A stretch of DNA of 63,760 bases, counting the filler, from Actinomycetota bacterium (GTDB lineage: Bacteria; Actinomycetota; CADDZG01; JAHWKV01; JAOPZY01), in NCBI GenBank assembly GCA_025963875.1. It is 5 parts of 5 records of this genome, joined end to end, with 100 filler letters (N's around TTAATTAATTAA, not from the genome) between each part and the next. Parts side by side here need not be neighbours in the genome. Positions count along the whole stretch, not along the records: positions 55,805 to 63,760 come from JAOPZY010000041.1; 4 more parts are not named here. One strand, 5' to 3'. Below are positions 60,486-63,760 of the stretch, one piece after another. The stretch's first letter is position 1. Each line of letters begins with the position of its first letter. The notes beneath the pieces were generated by a model that was not told the DNA's origin, ran no database searches, and worked only from the letters and a program-made list of their open reading frames with translations. A program made the position numbers and the translations under genes.

Positions 60486-60950
60486 TCAGGGCTGCAGGGC
60501 TGCCTTGACTGCCTCCGCAATGCGCCCGCCGCCGGCCTGCTGCCCGACACGCCCACGCACCGCCTTGATGACCGATCCCATGGCTCTTCCTCCGGTCATG
60601 CCCTCTTCCTGGCTACGGGCGACCTCCTCGGCGACGATGACCCCAAGCGCCTCGTCGCTCAGCTCCGCCGGCAGGTAGGGGACGAGCACCTCCGCCTCGG
60701 CCCGCTCGCGCGCCGCCAGTTCGGCCCGCCCGGCTGCCGCGAAGATGTCCGCGGCTTCGGCACGCTTGCTCACTTCGGTCCGGAGCAGCCCCATCACCTC
60801 ATCGTCGGTCAGGGTGGTGTGGGTTTTGCCGGCAACCTCCGCCCTGCTGATGGCGGTGAGGGCCATCCGCAAGGTGGACCGCACGACGTCGTTCTGGGCG
60901 CGAATCGCCTCGGTCAGGTCGGCTTGGAGTCGGTCCTTGAGTGTTGGCAC
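60486..60950 (-). CDS. GatB/YqeY domain protein
   Basis: LKDRLQADL, AELAARERAEAEVL.PYLP, MGSVIK. Confidence 0.92.
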   Translation of the reverse strand: MPTLKDRLQADLTEAIRAQNDVVRSTLRMALTAISRAEVAGKTHTTLTDDEVMGLLRTEVSKRAEAADIFAAAGRAELAARERAEAEVLVPYLPAELSDEALGVIVAEEVARSQEEGMTGGRAMGSVIKAVRGRVGQQAGGGRIAEAVKAALQP

Positions 60951-60952
60951 GG

Positions 60953-61861
60953 TCAGTGCGTGATGTCCTCGGAGAGTTCGTGGCCGTGCAGGACGCCGTC
61001 CGTGTACAGCTTGCCGTTCATCTCGGCATAGAGGCGGTACTGGACCTTCCTCGCCTCCGGACGGCGGGACATCGAGCCGGGCGTCGCCACCGAGCCGAGG
61101 TAGACGACCCGGTCGAACTCGAACAGGTCGCCGCCACCCTCGCTGGGGCCTGCGTACTCGAGTGGCGCCGTCTGGGCTTCGATGAGCCGCCCTTGCGGAT
61201 CGAACACATGGACGTCCATCCAGACCGACTTGGCGAAGGCGTCATTGCGGACCCACGCCACGACCACGAGGCGCGTCTCGAGCCGGGTGCCCTGCCCGGC
61301 AGGGTCTGGGAAGGTGTTGGACTTCACCGCGCCCTCGCCGACGACGTTCACGACGCCCCGGGCCACCGCCACCCCGTCGCGCGGGATGACCGCATCCGCC
61401 GGCGCCGTCACCTGGCCGGGGAAGATGTCGAACCAGTAGTTCGCGCCACCGTTGCTGTCCCAGGCGCGGCAGCCCCCGGCGTCGATGTTCTGGAACCACA
61501 GCTCGACCTCACGGGCACCCACCGGCACGGTCACCTCGTAGGGCTCGGGCGCCGGCGGGATGAGCAGCGTCCCCGTGGACAGGTCCACCTGGCGCACCAG
61601 CTTGCCGCCGTACAGCTGCAGTCCCGGGTGGAAACGGGCATTGACGGTGATGTCCCACGCCGGCAGCCCCGCCTGGGAGCCCCGGCAGTCGGGCAGGCGC
61701 ACGGGGTCGTAATCGACGATCAGCCGCCCGCCGGTCCGAAGATCGCCCGACAAGGAGGGCTTGCCGGCAGACTCGAAACGGACGGTAGCGCTCGGACGGC
61801 CGGCCGACCGCACGCCCCGTCCGCCCCCCTTGATGCCGATCTCCTTCCGCTGTGCCGTCAT
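60953..61861 (-). CDS. DUF6209-like protein (possible carbohydrate-binding beta domains)
   Basis: YDPVRLPDCRG, ELWFQN, CRAWDSNGGANYWF. Confidence 0.65.
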   Translation of the reverse strand: MTAQRKEIGIKGGGRGVRSAGRPSATVRFESAGKPSLSGDLRTGGRLIVDYDPVRLPDCRGSQAGLPAWDITVNARFHPGLQLYGGKLVRQVDLSTGTLLIPPAPEPYEVTVPVGAREVELWFQNIDAGGCRAWDSNGGANYWFDIFPGQVTAPADAVIPRDGVAVARGVVNVVGEGAVKSNTFPDPAGQGTRLETRLVVVAWVRNDAFAKSVWMDVHVFDPQGRLIEAQTAPLEYAGPSEGGGDLFEFDRVVYLGSVATPGSMSRRPEARKVQYRLYAEMNGKLYTDGVLHGHELSEDITH

Positions 61862-62052
61862 GGTTGCGACTCCCCCTTCCTTAGCGCTTAGCGGCGCCCG
61901 CCCGTGTGTTCTTTCTCCCTTCTACCCATCGAGGTGAACCGTTCCTGTACGAGGCGTCTCGCCAAGAAAGATCAGTTCTCGCAATCGTGTAGCGTCAGTC
62001 CACTTTGCTGTAAGCCCTTCCCCCCCAGCCGGAGTAGTGCGACACTGCACCC

Positions 62053-62931
62053 CTGACGCGACTGCGCTACTACCTGGTCAAGTTCGATCCCGCTCGTGCT
62101 CGCCCGTTTCGGGGGGAGGCCACGGAGTTCGAGACGACGGCGGCCGATGGCATCCGTATCAGCGGATCGCGTTTGGCGGGCGACGGGCCACTGGCCTTCC
62201 TCCTCGTCCACGGACTGTTCGCCCACCGCCGCATCCCGGCCCTCCTCGAGCTCGCCGAGGCCCTCAACCGCTTCGGCCCGGTGTGGACCATGGACCTACG
62301 GGGGCACGGGACGTCCGGCGGCTTCTGCACGCTCGGGCATGCCGAGGCGCTCGATGTCGCCGCCGTCACCGCAGCCATGCGGGCCGAGACGACGCTTCCC
62401 ATCGTGGCCATCGGGTTCTCGATGGGCGCGGCGGCCGTCATCCGCTCGGCGGCGCTCCTCGAGCCGGTGGACGCCAGCATCGCCATCAGTGGGCCGGCCG
62501 ACTGGAGAGACGCCGGCCAGAGGGGGCGGGGTGCCCGACGTACCGCACTCATCTGGCGCGTGCCCGGCGGCCTGGCCGCCGCCAAGGCACTGACGGGAGT
62601 CCGCCTTTCGGGACAGATGCCCAATCGAGACAGCCCGCTGGAGGTCGTCGGTCAGATCGCGCCGGCCCCCATCCTGATAGTCCACGGCAGCGCGGACCCC
62701 TTCTTCCCCCCGGAGGAGGCGGAGGACCTCTACGACAAGGCCGGCGAGCCGAAAGACCTCTGGATCATCCCGGGTGGAGGCCATGCCGAGGGCCTGTTCT
62801 CCCTTGGCCCTTCGGTGCTTCCCGAGATTGTCGACGCCTTCGCCGTGGAGATGCTCCGGCGGCTGGAGCGCCTCATGGCCGACCGGGGGCCCTCACGCGG
62901 CGTCCGGTCTACTCCACCGAATGCGGGCTGA
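62053..62931 (+). CDS. Alpha/beta hydrolase
   Basis: VHG, DLRGHG, GFSMG, HGSAD, GHA; the frame is open upstream of TTG 62173 to a TAG at 62035. Confidence 0.85.
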   Translation: MTRLRYYLVKFDPARARPFRGEATEFETTAADGIRISGSRLAGDGPLAFLLVHGLFAHRRIPALLELAEALNRFGPVWTMDLRGHGTSGGFCTLGHAEALDVAAVTAAMRAETTLPIVAIGFSMGAAAVIRSAALLEPVDASIAISGPADWRDAGQRGRGARRTALIWRVPGGLAAAKALTGVRLSGQMPNRDSPLEVVGQIAPAPILIVHGSADPFFPPEEAEDLYDKAGEPKDLWIIPGGGHAEGLFSLGPSVLPEIVDAFAVEMLRRLERLMADRGPSRGVRSTPPNAG

Positions 62932-63613
62932 GGTGCAGCCGGTGGACGATCACGTCGTCCGCCACGTCGTAGATGGACCGCTCGGTCGAGAACGAGTAGG
63001 CGCGGAGGCAGGCCATCGCTGTCGCCAGGTCACAGCGAAGTTGCGCCGAGATGATGCCGGCGGCATGGTGCACGCGCGCCCGCTCGCCGACCGGATCGAA
63101 CAGGTTCCAGTAGATCGTTCCCTCGGCCTGGAGATCGAGGATCCCCTGTGCTGCCATGTCCACGAGTACCAGGGCGTCGGCGAGACAATCGTCGGTAAGG
63201 AGCCCTGGGTTTGTCTTGGACAGGTGCAACGCACCCAGGCGGATCACACCCATCTGGAGGGGAAAAGCGAGCACCGCCTCGATACCGAGATCGAGAGCCG
63301 CAGGCCGGAAGAACGGCCACCGTGTGGAGACAGCAGCGAGGTAGGGTTCCAGCACCGGCGAGGTCCACCGCAGCGCGTCCATGGTGGGCCCCTCGCCCAG
63401 GGTCAGCTGAATATCCTCGAGACTTGCCGCAACGGGATCCGAAGCCCACACGGCACCCAACCTGCTGTTGGTCATCAAGCTGAGGCCGACCCCGGTCACA
63501 TCCAGGAGATCCAGAGCGGCCGAACACACCCGTTGGGGATAGGACGTGGGATCCACCGCCCCGCCTCCGGCAATTGCCTCCTTGATCCTCGATATGCGTG
63601 CGCCATCCATCAC
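62909..63613 (-). CDS. GAF and ANTAR domain protein
   Basis: LEDIQLTLGEGP, FPL, VHHAAGIISAQL, LRAYSF. Confidence 0.88.
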   Translation of the reverse strand: MMDGARISRIKEAIAGGGAVDPTSYPQRVCSAALDLLDVTGVGLSLMTNSRLGAVWASDPVAASLEDIQLTLGEGPTMDALRWTSPVLEPYLAAVSTRWPFFRPAALDLGIEAVLAFPLQMGVIRLGALHLSKTNPGLLTDDCLADALVLVDMAAQGILDLQAEGTIYWNLFDPVGERARVHHAAGIISAQLRCDLATAMACLRAYSFSTERSIYDVADDVIVHRLHLSPHSVE

Positions 63614-63760
63614 GCGCCACCACCGAGGGGCCTACGCTGCCCTCGTCCCACGCTCACGCAACCACCCAATGGCTGGCCTCCGCTCATGGCTCGAGACCTA
63701 CTCGAGAAATGGGGTGGGCGGCTCCACGTGGTCCAGGTTGAGCGCTGCCCGGTCGTTACC

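Overview
High-GC (about 70%) actinobacterial DNA made of five contigs. They are joined by artificial 100-bp N spacers containing TTAATTAATTAA (31719-31818, 37395-37494, 52862-52961, 55705-55804), so adjacency across these gaps is not biological. Contig 1 (1-31718) is a core minus-strand block: proS, rimP-nusA-ylxR-infB-DUF503-rbfA-nrnA-truB-ribF, rpsO-pnp-M16 peptidase, dapB/dapA-rnj-ftsK-rodZ-cinA-thpR-recA. Its recA carries a 360-aa LAGLIDADG intein, and the contig ends in a patch of gene remnants. Contig 2 holds radA-carD-ispD-ispF-rlmB-tRNA-Thr and an L,D-transpeptidase. Contig 3 holds a 1586-aa YyaL/SSP411 protein fused to an unexplained ~925-aa helical extension, and a form I aerobic CO dehydrogenase split divergently (coxSL versus regulator-coxM) with a LAL regulator. 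Contig 4 has a group 2 sigma factor, DUF523 and vapBC. Contig 5 has a NAGGN-like cluster whose synthetase lacks its acetyltransferase domain, plus assorted hydrolases and a GAF-ANTAR protein. The main highlights are the YyaL fusion, the split CODH with an Xis-HTH/MEDS-like regulator, three exact PafBC (RecA-NDp) promoters (one driving a TnpB remnant toward proS), the variant NAGGN pathway, and an unannotated 30-aa membrane peptide divergent from a candidate sRNA. All family assignments come from motif recognition by eye; no searches were run.
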